Under the pieces are notes generated by a model. It did no database searches. It had not been told where the DNA came from and saw only the letters and a list, made by a program, of their open reading frames with translations. Of a stretch of DNA of 64,000 bases, positions 9,273 through 18,859 are shown piece by piece. A program made the position numbers and the translations under genes. The stretch's first letter is position 1, and each line of letters opens with the position of its first letter. The stretch is from a bacterium (GTDB taxonomy: Bacteria > Patescibacteriota > Minisyncoccia > Phycocordibacterales > UBA9973): positions 6,842 to 70,841 of the forward strand of contig JBAXXQ010000001.1 in the NCBI GenBank assembly GCA_037127795.1, given 5' to 3'.

Positions 9273-10475
9273 TTATTTGATAGAATCCATGATTGAGTAC
9301 ATAGGTGAAAGCATGGATACAGCAAAGAATCCAACAGCAGCTCCAATAAATATCATAAGTACTGGCTCTACGATTGTAGAGAGGTTGTTTGTTCTTGCTT
9401 GCACCTCTCCTTCATAAAAGAGTGCTACATCAAAAAGCATTGATTGTAATTTACCTGTCTCTTCTCCTACTGCGATCATCTCTCCCATCATTGGGGGGTA
9501 CAAATTTTCTTTTGCAATAAATACTTTTGCAATTGGCTCTCCTTTTTCAATAGCAATAGCGACCTCTGCAAGAGATGCTTTATAATAACTATTTTGCAAT
9601 ACATCACTAGTAATATCGATAGCGCGATTGATACTTACCCCAGAAGACAAAAGGAGTGATAATGTTCGCGCTGCACGAGCAGTATAGAGCTCACTTAACA
9701 TATCCTTGATAATAGGGGTACGGATTGCAAGCCAGTCAAAGATAATCTTTGTTCTAGGTAGTGTTGCAAGAACTTTTATTGCAAAAACAACTACTAAAAT
9801 AAATACAAATAATAATGCTGTGTGATTTGAAATAAAATCACTCATACCAATGATAAACTGTGTAGACATAGGCAATTTTGCACCAAGCTCCTTAAATGTT
9901 TTGACCAATGTAGGAACTACATACATAAACATCAATATCGCAATAAGTCCGATAGCAGACAATATAATAGCTGGATACATCAACGCACTTTTTACCTTAC
10001 GGTTTATTGCGTAAGTTTTTTCTAGGTTATCCCCCACTTCTTTGAGAGTAATAGGAAGACCTCCAGATTCTTCACCGGCACGCACCATAGCAACAAATAA
10101 TTTTGAAAATACTTTTGGATGCTTTTCCAAAGATTCCGAAAGAGTTCCTCCTTTGTCGATACCTTCTAATATAGAAGTAATAACACTTTTGAATGCCGGC
10201 GAGTGTGTTTGTTTGATAAGTACTTGCAATGCGCGAGAAAGAGAAAGTCCTGCGCCAAGCATCCCTGAAAGATTTTTTGTAAAAAGGATTTTTTCTGCCA
10301 AGGTGACATGTCCAGGTAATATATTTTGCAAAGAAAAACCAATTTTTTGATCTAGTGTATAGGGCACAATATGGTTTGCACGAAGTTCAGATATGGCAAC
10401 AGATCGAGAACTCGCCGCAATCACCCCTTCTATAGTTGCTCCCTCTTTTGTTTTTGCTTTGTATGAGAATTGCAC
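9273..10475 (-). CDS. pilC: Type IV pilus platform protein PilC/GspF
   Basis: AGEESG, ALMYP, VGEETGKL, VEP motifs. Confidence 0.93.
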   Translation of the reverse strand: MQFSYKAKTKEGATIEGVIAASSRSVAISELRANHIVPYTLDQKIGFSLQNILPGHVTLAEKILFTKNLSGMLGAGLSLSRALQVLIKQTHSPAFKSVITSILEGIDKGGTLSESLEKHPKVFSKLFVAMVRAGEESGGLPITLKEVGDNLEKTYAINRKVKSALMYPAIILSAIGLIAILMFMYVVPTLVKTFKELGAKLPMSTQFIIGMSDFISNHTALLFVFILVVVFAIKVLATLPRTKIIFDWLAIRTPIIKDMLSELYTARAARTLSLLLSSGVSINRAIDITSDVLQNSYYKASLAEVAIAIEKGEPIAKVFIAKENLYPPMMGEMIAVGEETGKLQSMLFDVALFYEGEVQARTNNLSTIVEPVLMIFIGAAVGFFAVSMLSPMYSIMDSIK

Positions 10476-10536
10476 ATATATATTGTATCATGTACGCCGT
10501 GCTTGCATAGAGCTATTTTGCCTGTACAATACCAAC

Positions 10537-11250
10537 ATGCATACATTATGGATTACATTTATATATCAACCAATTTATAACACGCTCGTTTTTCTTGCAC
10601 AGTATATTACTATGCACGACGTAGGTCTTGCGGTTATACTTTTGACTATTCTTATTCGTATTATTCTTTTACCATTGAGTAAAAAAATGGTTATTAGTCA
10701 ATACAAAATGCGCGCATTGCAACCAAAATTGCAAGCAATCAAAGAGCGCGGTCTTGATAAGCAAGCAGAGGCAAAAGAAACGATGGAATTATATAAAACG
10801 GAAAAAATGAATCCTTTTTCTGGGTGTCTATTCCTTCTTGTACAGCTCCCTATTTTATTTGGACTATACTATGTACTTCGCAGTGGTATAAACCAACCAG
10901 AGCATTTGTATTCTTTTTTAAGTACCAATAACCTCCATAATATGCTTTTTGGTATTCTTGATATAACCAAACCATTCCTTCCATTTGCTATTCTTGCTGG
11001 TCTTACTCAAGGTATTCAAGCATTTCTCGTACCACAGCAACAAACAAATAGTTCTGATGTAAGTTTCCAAGGTCAATTGGCAAAAAGTATGAGTATGCAG
11101 ACTCGCTACATACTCCCTCTTATTATTATCCTTATTGCAAGTAAGCTCGCTGCGGCAGTAGCAATATACTGGGTAGTAACAAATACATTCTCTATATTCC
11201 AAGAGCTTTATTTTAGAAAGAAATTTACTTCAAAAGTAGAAGTACTTTAA
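10537..11250 (+). CDS. yidC: Membrane protein insertase YidC
   Basis: GLAVILLTILIR..LLPL, LQPKL, NPFSGC, QLPIL, YW...N...FQ. Confidence 0.92.
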   Translation: MHTLWITFIYQPIYNTLVFLAQYITMHDVGLAVILLTILIRIILLPLSKKMVISQYKMRALQPKLQAIKERGLDKQAEAKETMELYKTEKMNPFSGCLFLLVQLPILFGLYYVLRSGINQPEHLYSFLSTNNLHNMLFGILDITKPFLPFAILAGLTQGIQAFLVPQQQTNSSDVSFQGQLAKSMSMQTRYILPLIIILIASKLAAAVAIYWVVTNTFSIFQELYFRKKFTSKVEVL

Positions 11251-11252
11251 TT

Positions 11253-12665
11253 CTATATATTCAACCTCCAAAGAGTGCTATCGTTTTTATTTATAAAATA
11301 AAGCTGATTATGCATTTCGTCATATTGCAAATTTGTCGCATCAAAATCTACCCCGCCATCATATAATATACTTAGCATATTAAGCCCAGGAGAAATACGA
11401 ATTATCTTATCACTAAAATGTGTTATACCTGCATACCACGTATCGGGATAATTTCCTGTTGGAGGATTTTGCATAGTTGCACATATAAGAGCATCTTGCG
11501 ATGTCCATACACATTTTTCAGGAAGAGTAGTAATAGCGAGCGTAGTAATAGTACCATCTGAAGTTTTATACAATTTTGTAGAAAAACTACCTTGTGTAGA
11601 CTCAGAATACAATATATAAGAACCACTAGGACTTAATGATGCAGTAAGACCGTTAATATTACCTAATATTTTTTTCAAACGAGCATCTGTTAATAGAATA
11701 CTATAGAAAAATCCTTCTACCGCCCCAGCAGCACGAGTTTGCACACTTACTGTATTTTGAGAATTCCAAGAAATAAGCCAATCATGAAATGGATTATTCA
11801 TTATTTCTTTTCTTCCTTTATTACTAGTATCAGAAATAGTAAGCGCGGTCCCACCTGTCGTATTGGGTGCAAGCTGTGCGAGATACCCTTGATCTGGACT
11901 TACTGCAAGACTTTTTATATTATCAGCCAAGAAAAATCCTGCGAGTTGTGTACGACTACCATCAAGATTTGGGTCTGGGATAGGCACACCAAATGTTGCC
12001 ACAGTTTTTTGATCATCTCGAAGAAATCGTAAAAACACCTTTTTACCTTGATCAGAAAAAAGTGCCTCATAAATATTTGGTATATAAATATTGGTTATTT
12101 GTGTTGCTACTCCGCCATTTGCAATTTCATATACATACCCACTCTTTCTATCTACATATCGAATATAGTTATTAGTAGAAAAATCACTTGTCGCAGGAGA
12201 AGTTGTTTGAGGTTGTGGCGTAGGTGTAACTGGTGCAGGATTTGCTATAGATGCTGGTTGCTGTACAACAACAGTCTTTGTTGTTTTTTTACCAGTTTTT
12301 TTATTAATAGTTACAATAGTTTTTGTAATAGGCTTTGTTGTAACACTTGATGGAGTACTTACCGCTGCTGTAGTAAGGATTTTTTGTTGATTCATCACAG
12401 TATACCCAGCAACCGGCACAGGTACTATTTGTTCTAGTTTTTGCACAACCTTTACTGCAGTGCTACTACCATCACTATTTGTAGCACCAGGCAATACAAT
12501 AGCCCCATCACTACCACTACCCCCTATATTTATTTTTCCAACCAAAGGAAACGATATCTGACTTACTACTTGAGGAATAGTCTGTCCTGTTTTATACACA
12601 CTAAAATACCACCAAATACCAAATGCAGTACCAAGCGCTATGAGTATAAAAAGTATTTTACGCAT
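11253..12665 (-). CDS. Membrane-anchored protein: Thr/Pro/Lys-rich linker plus probable beta-propeller
   Basis: N-terminal TM, low-complexity stalk, SPD/SPSG repeats, LPEKC.W, PD.WY.G. Confidence 0.6.
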   Translation of the reverse strand: MRKILFILIALGTAFGIWWYFSVYKTGQTIPQVVSQISFPLVGKINIGGSGSDGAIVLPGATNSDGSSTAVKVVQKLEQIVPVPVAGYTVMNQQKILTTAAVSTPSSVTTKPITKTIVTINKKTGKKTTKTVVVQQPASIANPAPVTPTPQPQTTSPATSDFSTNNYIRYVDRKSGYVYEIANGGVATQITNIYIPNIYEALFSDQGKKVFLRFLRDDQKTVATFGVPIPDPNLDGSRTQLAGFFLADNIKSLAVSPDQGYLAQLAPNTTGGTALTISDTSNKGRKEIMNNPFHDWLISWNSQNTVSVQTRAAGAVEGFFYSILLTDARLKKILGNINGLTASLSPSGSYILYSESTQGSFSTKLYKTSDGTITTLAITTLPEKCVWTSQDALICATMQNPPTGNYPDTWYAGITHFSDKIIRISPGLNMLSILYDGGVDFDATNLQYDEMHNQLYFINKNDSTLWRLNI

Positions 12666-12684
12666 GAGAATAGTATACTACAAA

Positions 12685-14445
12685 CTAACTTCCAATTCTT
12701 TTAATATAAGTAATCTTATCTTTATAAGACTCTACTGTTCGGGTACCAAAACCACCAGCAACAGGATGCCCGCCTCCACCATGAGATTCTGCCAGTTGCC
12801 CATTTCCTATATATATAAGCACATGTCCAAAACCCTTACCTACAGCTTTCCAGCCAACAATATCACCAGGATTAAGTGTTTTACCATTTATTGCTGTATT
12901 TGTTATTCTTGAAGAATATGTTGTTTCTCCCCCATTAAAAATAGAATCTGTTCCTCCGTTAATAAAATCTGTTCCAGCTTTATATCCAGCACAATCCAAA
13001 ACAGTAGTAACAAAACCTGAACAATCTAAGTGGGAAGTTCCGTCAGATTGTACTGATGGATCCTTACCTTTACATATACTATTACCACTACCACAAGAAT
13101 TACTTAAATCAATATCATATGTTATTTTTCCTTGCCAACTCATAGCTATTTTATTTATATTGGAAGATTTACCTGATTTAAGACAAAACACACCGTTTGG
13201 TAGAGACCCAGAGGCTGTAAACTTTGTAGGTGCATTAGTATCACTATCCTGCTTAGTTATAAGTAATTGATCAATTCCTATAGTATTAGAAACCAGTGTT
13301 GGGTTTATAGTATTCAAAACAACGTACGCACTAAGTGCTATAAGAAGTCCTATACCCTTGTCCATCAAGGTACCCTTTACAGAAGCCTTAACTCCAGCAA
13401 CATCAGTAAGCATATACTTGAATCCATCAGACATTATACTTATCACCAAAATAACAACAGCAATACCAATAGCGTATTTAATAATAGTATTTAATAAATC
13501 ACTAAAACTACATATAGCATTAGCGTTTATTTTTTTTGCCAATGTACAAGACAAAGACCCAGGATCGGCAACAATAATAGTAGGGGTAAGGTCGTTTATA
13601 CTGGTACCTTTTACAGAAGAAAGAAGACCATACGCATTTTCCTCAAGATCCTTTGCTTGTGCTTTAATATTATTTCCAAAAACAGAGTTTGCCTGGGTTA
13701 TATTTTTAGGATCATCATATACCCATGGTCCATTATTTAATTTATATGCTTGTCGAAGGTAATATATAGAACCCGGGTTTGCAAATATACCAGGAAGAAT
13801 ACAAGAAAAACTTCCATCGCTATGTAAACAATTTGTTGCAGGAAATATAGGAACAGCCCCTTTATATGCTGCATCATACTGAGTTTTATCTGTTGTTGCT
13901 TGTATTGCAAATTCATATCCAGTTATTCCGTTTGGCAAATTAAGCCCTCCTGTCGCTAATGCGTTTCCATTCGCATCAGCAACGCCTATAGTAAGACTAC
14001 GAAACTCTACGGGTATCAAGGAATCATATTTAATATTTTGTAAAAAAGGTTTGCCTGCATTTTGCAAATCAATACTGGTTAAATCTGGAAACTTATAGAC
14101 ATATAAATAAACAAGAGGCGACGATCCGATCTTTGTATCCAAAACTACATCAAAATCTGTTTTAGGCAAAGGGTTTGATATTTTATATAAAGCATTATTT
14201 CCATAAGTAATATCACTTACACTAAATTGAGATAATAATTTAGTTGTAAATATAACTCTATATGCAGCATTAGGGTTTGTAGAAGTAGGAAGTGGTCCCT
14301 GTGAAAGATCAGGGCACCCTTTGACAGAAATAGTGGTTCTATCTGTTTGAGCAATAGGTACTGCCGTTAAAGAACAATTTGCAAATGCATTACTACCTAA
14401 AAAAAGTGTTGTAAGAAATATAAACGTGTAAAAATATTTTTTCAT
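12685..14445 (-). CDS. T4SS pilin-like (VirB2/TrbC-type hairpin) protein fused to an NlpC/P60 domain
   Basis: Signal peptide; TM hairpin ending GLLIALSAYVVLNTINPTL; DCSGFV...PGD...GHVLIYIGNG..AES. Confidence 0.75.
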   Translation of the reverse strand: MKKYFYTFIFLTTLFLGSNAFANCSLTAVPIAQTDRTTISVKGCPDLSQGPLPTSTNPNAAYRVIFTTKLLSQFSVSDITYGNNALYKISNPLPKTDFDVVLDTKIGSSPLVYLYVYKFPDLTSIDLQNAGKPFLQNIKYDSLIPVEFRSLTIGVADANGNALATGGLNLPNGITGYEFAIQATTDKTQYDAAYKGAVPIFPATNCLHSDGSFSCILPGIFANPGSIYYLRQAYKLNNGPWVYDDPKNITQANSVFGNNIKAQAKDLEENAYGLLSSVKGTSINDLTPTIIVADPGSLSCTLAKKINANAICSFSDLLNTIIKYAIGIAVVILVISIMSDGFKYMLTDVAGVKASVKGTLMDKGIGLLIALSAYVVLNTINPTLVSNTIGIDQLLITKQDSDTNAPTKFTASGSLPNGVFCLKSGKSSNINKIAMSWQGKITYDIDLSNSCGSGNSICKGKDPSVQSDGTSHLDCSGFVTTVLDCAGYKAGTDFINGGTDSIFNGGETTYSSRITNTAINGKTLNPGDIVGWKAVGKGFGHVLIYIGNGQLAESHGGGGHPVAGGFGTRTVESYKDKITYIKRIGS

Positions 14446-14448
14446 ATA

Positions 14449-15147
14449 TTAAAAATTAATCTGCGTATTTAATGTTGCCGACTGCCAATCACTATGTGTT
14501 GATTGCATACTACTTGAAAGCTGTACAGAACCACTATCAGAAGGTTTCAAGATAGGTATTTCAAAATTATTGATAGCTGTTGGAGTTTGGTCGCCAAGCT
14601 GAAATGCAATAGCGAGATCTGATAATACATTTTTTGGTATTGAGAAAAAGTACGGCTCAACACGAAGTGTGGTACCTGCATATTTCAAATCAAATGAATC
14701 TGTATAGCCATTATTATAATCAACAAACCCGTCTCGTTTTTCATATGCAACAAGCGCAGGGGTTATTGGTGTAATATCTGCAGTAGCTGAAGCATCAGAA
14801 ATATTGCCTCCAGTGTGTAATGTGACCGCAAGTGACTCTGTATTATTAAGAATATTATGAGTAAATGTCATACTATTTTTATTTACTCCAGAAAAACTAC
14901 TTAATGATGCCCCATTACGAGACCAAGTAAATGTTGTAGTTTTTGGTGTAAAAATACTTGATATAACAACCGCCCTAATCCCCCCTTCATTACTAGGAAG
15001 CGCTTTTCCTTTATAAAAAGGTGGTGCATATGAATCTGTAGATTCCCACAAAATATCTACTCGTGAGTCAGTGGTCGCATCTTGCGCATAACTTACAAAA
15101 GGAGACAGTATGAGAAGAAAAAATACAAGTATAGAAACTTTTTTCAT
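14449..15147 (-). CDS. Secreted hypothetical protein in the T4SS-like locus
   Basis: Signal peptide; W..DSYAPPFYKGKALP and EPYFFS motifs. Confidence 0.7.
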   Translation of the reverse strand: MKKVSILVFFLLILSPFVSYAQDATTDSRVDILWESTDSYAPPFYKGKALPSNEGGIRAVVISSIFTPKTTTFTWSRNGASLSSFSGVNKNSMTFTHNILNNTESLAVTLHTGGNISDASATADITPITPALVAYEKRDGFVDYNNGYTDSFDLKYAGTTLRVEPYFFSIPKNVLSDLAIAFQLGDQTPTAINNFEIPILKPSDSGSVQLSSSMQSTHSDWQSATLNTQINF

Positions 15148-15196
15148 ATCATCAGTATACCATATACAAATACCAAGGCGATATCTAGCCTTGGTA

Positions 15197-17011
15197 TTAT
15201 ATCTTTCTTTGCTCTCTAAATTCTGCTTTTGCTTTTTTGATTGCAAGTACTTGTGATGGATCTGAAGTAATAATCTGGTCTTCGGTATATGAAGAAATGA
15301 TTTTTATTGCCACATGTTTCAACCCTGCAAAGAATATCCCCTCCCCAACACCTGATTCAAGCAACAAATATCGCTCTTCATCAGTCAAATTAAAGGTTTT
15401 TTGCAATACATCCATAGAGCTTGGAGATTGTTTGAGCAAAAGCTGAATCGATGAGTTGGTCACAATCGGTACCCCGTATGGTGATTTCATAAAGTCTCCT
15501 ACGTCTTGGGTAATAGTACAAAGTCCAAGATAGTATTTTCTTCCTCGCTTTGCAATACTGTACAAGAATGATGCAGTATCATCACTTTTCATCATCCACC
15601 ATGCCTCATCCACAATAAGGAGTCTTTTTTTGATTTGGCGACGTACCGCATTCCAAATAAAGTGCGTTACGATATACATAGCGGCCGGCTTGAGATCATC
15701 TTCCATATCTCGTACAGAAAATACAATAAACTTTTTATTTATATCTACATTTGAAGGTTGGTTGATGAAGTTTGACCATGATCCTTTAGTATACTTGGTC
15801 AATCGAGTAAGAATAGACTCACTCCCCTCCATACCAGAAAGTACCATTTCAAAATCAGAAAGCAACGGTGGCTCAACACTCGCAAAATCTGAATTAGGGG
15901 TAATATCTTTCAATGCATATGTTTCTGTAATAGCACGGTCTACAATAGAATCCTCTTCTGGAGTAAGCCCTCCAAGCATAATACGAAACAACCCAACCAG
16001 GTTGATAATATTTGAACGCAATACGTCTTCTGGAGATTCATCTTCACGAGGGACAGGGAGGTCAAATGGATTGATATGATGATCTGAAGAAAGAGAGATA
16101 TTGAAATATCTTCCTCCTACTGCTTCTGCAAGATATTCATACTCTCGCTCTGGGTCAATAACAATAACCTCTGTTTCAAACATGAGCGTGCGAATAATTT
16201 CAAGCTTTGTTGCATATGATTTACCAGATCCAGATTTTGCAAAAATAATTGAGTTATAGTTTTCAAGAGAAAATCTATCAAAAATAACCAAACTAGAGTT
16301 GTGACGATTTACTCCATACAAAATCCCTTTATCATCAGTAAGATCAAAAGATACAAATGGAAAAATACTTGAAAGTGGTTCTGAGTTGAGCTTTTGGGTG
16401 ACATTGAGTGCGTCTTTTGCAAATGGCGATACAGTACGGAAACCGTCTTCTTGTTGAAAAAGTGCTGGTTTTATATAGATCATGCGAGATTCAAGGATAG
16501 ACTTGATCTCATTTTCAGATCTAAAAAGCTCTGTATCATTATCTGCATATACAGTAATGTATAAACCTACATCAAACATCTTTTCCTGTGCTTGGGTAAG
16601 GTTGTCGCGAAGTTCTTCGAGATCTTCTGCGGCAGTATCAAGTACTGGATCACGTACAAGACCTTTGTTCTGACGCTCCATAATCTGACTTTCTACTTCA
16701 GCAATTTTTTTCTGAAAGTGTTTCAAAAGTTCAGTGGTTGGAATCGGGTTTATATAAATAGCAACATCAAAAATTTTGTCGAGGTTGATAATAGGAGTAA
16801 ACCAATTATCAGAGAGATATCGAGGATATGAGAGGACAAAAAACGTACGTGCAATTTTATCCCCCAAGTGTATCCACTTTGGAGTAATCTCAAGTGCTTC
16901 AGGAGCAATAAGATCTTGCAGCTCAAGAGTTGCAGAAGAGTATAAATCGGTCGGCAAAATAGGTAATTGTTTACCTGTTGTTTGTTTTTGTTCACCACCA
17001 AAAATTCCCAT
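15197..17011 (-). CDS. VirB4-family ATPase
   Basis: Walker A AKSGSGKS, IDPEREY, INPFD, Walker B IVDEAW, RGRKY, TQD. Confidence 0.9.
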   Translation of the reverse strand: MGIFGGEQKQTTGKQLPILPTDLYSSATLELQDLIAPEALEITPKWIHLGDKIARTFFVLSYPRYLSDNWFTPIINLDKIFDVAIYINPIPTTELLKHFQKKIAEVESQIMERQNKGLVRDPVLDTAAEDLEELRDNLTQAQEKMFDVGLYITVYADNDTELFRSENEIKSILESRMIYIKPALFQQEDGFRTVSPFAKDALNVTQKLNSEPLSSIFPFVSFDLTDDKGILYGVNRHNSSLVIFDRFSLENYNSIIFAKSGSGKSYATKLEIIRTLMFETEVIVIDPEREYEYLAEAVGGRYFNISLSSDHHINPFDLPVPREDESPEDVLRSNIINLVGLFRIMLGGLTPEEDSIVDRAITETYALKDITPNSDFASVEPPLLSDFEMVLSGMEGSESILTRLTKYTKGSWSNFINQPSNVDINKKFIVFSVRDMEDDLKPAAMYIVTHFIWNAVRRQIKKRLLIVDEAWWMMKSDDTASFLYSIAKRGRKYYLGLCTITQDVGDFMKSPYGVPIVTNSSIQLLLKQSPSSMDVLQKTFNLTDEERYLLLESGVGEGIFFAGLKHVAIKIISSYTEDQIITSDPSQVLAIKKAKAEFREQRKI

Positions 17012-17047
17012 GATATAAGTATAGCATATGAATATGACGAGATGATA

Positions 17048-17692
17048 TTATTGTGTCGGCATTTTTACATTACTACTTCCTTCTCCTGGATTAAATGTTT
17101 TATACAAAAGTTCTATAAGTTCTTCTGTACCAAGACTTGCAGTACGGACTCCGAGTCTTCCTAAGCCTTGCTCTACAACAGAAACGCGTTGCTCGAGCTG
17201 TGTGCGTTGTTCTTCAAAATCTTTGAGCATTTGTGTTTGTGTATTATTACTACCAAACAATCCAGTAATTTTCCCCATGAAACCACTATTAGTACTGGCA
17301 AGTGGTGGAACATACGGTACCACTACATAAAATGATTTGCGCATAATATTCACATTTTCATTAAAAGAACGAATAAATTCAATATACTCACGTGTTTGTG
17401 TTTGCAAAAGTGGTTCTTCCTGTTCTTTGAGTCTTGCATCAAGTAATAACAGATATGGGCGTATGTCGTATCGACGAGATTGGATCAAAATTTGTATTGG
17501 AAAATCAAGTCCATTGAGGAACCCTTGAAATTGCATCAGTACAGACTTTTGCTCTTCATACGATTTGAGGCTGAGGTTGATAGAAGAAACAAGCACTGCT
17601 TTACAGAGCGAGTCGTCTTTGAGCACAATAACACCGTCTCGAACTTCTTTGACGGGTACAAACTCTTGAGTTGGTGATGATTTTACTGCCAT
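17048..17692 (-). CDS. TraC/VirB4 N-terminal-like protein
   Basis: INLSLKS.EEQ...FLNGLDFPIQILIQSR; sits between PrgI and VirB4. Confidence 0.7.
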   Translation of the reverse strand: MAVKSSPTQEFVPVKEVRDGVIVLKDDSLCKAVLVSSINLSLKSYEEQKSVLMQFQGFLNGLDFPIQILIQSRRYDIRPYLLLLDARLKEQEEPLLQTQTREYIEFIRSFNENVNIMRKSFYVVVPYVPPLASTNSGFMGKITGLFGSNNTQTQMLKDFEEQRTQLEQRVSVVEQGLGRLGVRTASLGTEELIELLYKTFNPGEGSSNVKMPTQ

Positions 17693-17693
17693 A

Positions 17694-18254
17694 TTATTTT
17701 CTCGTATCTATTATATCAAGACTTCGTGATAATGTTTTGAGTTTATCCTCTGTAAGTGATGGACGAAGTACTCGATCAGTCTTGGGTGCAAGCGCACGAT
17801 CAGTTCTCGTATCCACAGGAGCTTGCTGTTGTGCACCTTGCTGCGCAAATCGATTAACATTTTGTTTTTGGTGTAAATACATATTTTGATTTACCATTGC
17901 CATATCTCCCTGTACTGGCGTATTGTCGCGAGCTGTATCTATCCCCCACGATTCAGGAGTTTGTGCTATTGCGGCTTTCTTTTTTTGCCAAATATATAAT
18001 CGTGATCGAAAATAATATTTTACAAATGATTCTACAAAGTTTATAAATGGCTTGTCGTTATATTTATAAAACGCAAGCGCCGCACCAAACCCTCCAAACG
18101 CTAAACCAAATACTGCAGAAAAAGGAAATGGTAATAATTTAAAACAAAGATATAATCCTCCTGTCCCACCAGCAAGATACGCAAACTGTTTAAAAGTAAA
18201 CGGTCCAAAAATTTTATCTTCAATGTCAATAAATTGTGGGACTTTGAATTGCAT
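17694..18254 (-). CDS. PrgI family protein (VirB3-like)
   Basis: QFKVPQFIDIEDKIFGPFTFKQF followed by two TM helices. Confidence 0.85.
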   Translation of the reverse strand: MQFKVPQFIDIEDKIFGPFTFKQFAYLAGGTGGLYLCFKLLPFPFSAVFGLAFGGFGAALAFYKYNDKPFINFVESFVKYYFRSRLYIWQKKKAAIAQTPESWGIDTARDNTPVQGDMAMVNQNMYLHQKQNVNRFAQQGAQQQAPVDTRTDRALAPKTDRVLRPSLTEDKLKTLSRSLDIIDTRK

Positions 18255-18292
18255 ATATACAATCATACCGCACTTATATAGTAATGACTATA

Positions 18293-18856
18293 CTACAAAG
18301 GCATTTCGCGGTATGGATCTGTTGATTTTGTTGGCGCACCAGGATTTTGCATTGGTTTATTTTGAGATCCAGGGATAAACTTTTGTGCAACAGAGGCAAT
18401 AGGAGCAACAACACTTGGTTTTTGCATTTTTGCCTGAATAGAAGCAAACAATTGCCCCATCTCTTGATTTTCAGGAGAAGATACTGTTTCAATATTATTA
18501 ACACCTATTTCATCTTTTTCTTCCTCCAGACTATTGGTAATCTCTGAAATAGTTGGATCTATTATGAATTCCTGTATATACCCAAGAAATATATCTTTAT
18601 TTTCTTCAGATAACCCCAGAGAATCAATAGTATTTTCAAATTCTTCTTTTGTAGAAAAATGAATAAGAAAATCAAATAATGCATTACGCGCAGTAGTAAC
18701 TTGTTCACTAGTAAATCCTATTTTCTTTTCGATAGTATCAAGTATATTTTTGTATGCATCGCTAAACAAAAACTCGCGAACCTCTACAGGAGTCATATCG
18801 AGTTTTTCCTCGTATAGATTCATATATTCTTCATTTGGATTATATTCGGTATCCAT
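18293..18856 (-). CDS. Acidic hypothetical protein
   Basis: ORF within the operon; C-terminal DPYRE motif. Confidence 0.7.
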   Translation of the reverse strand: MDTEYNPNEEYMNLYEEKLDMTPVEVREFLFSDAYKNILDTIEKKIGFTSEQVTTARNALFDFLIHFSTKEEFENTIDSLGLSEENKDIFLGYIQEFIIDPTISEITNSLEEEKDEIGVNNIETVSSPENQEMGQLFASIQAKMQKPSVVAPIASVAQKFIPGSQNKPMQNPGAPTKSTDPYREMPL

Positions 18857-18859
18857 ATA

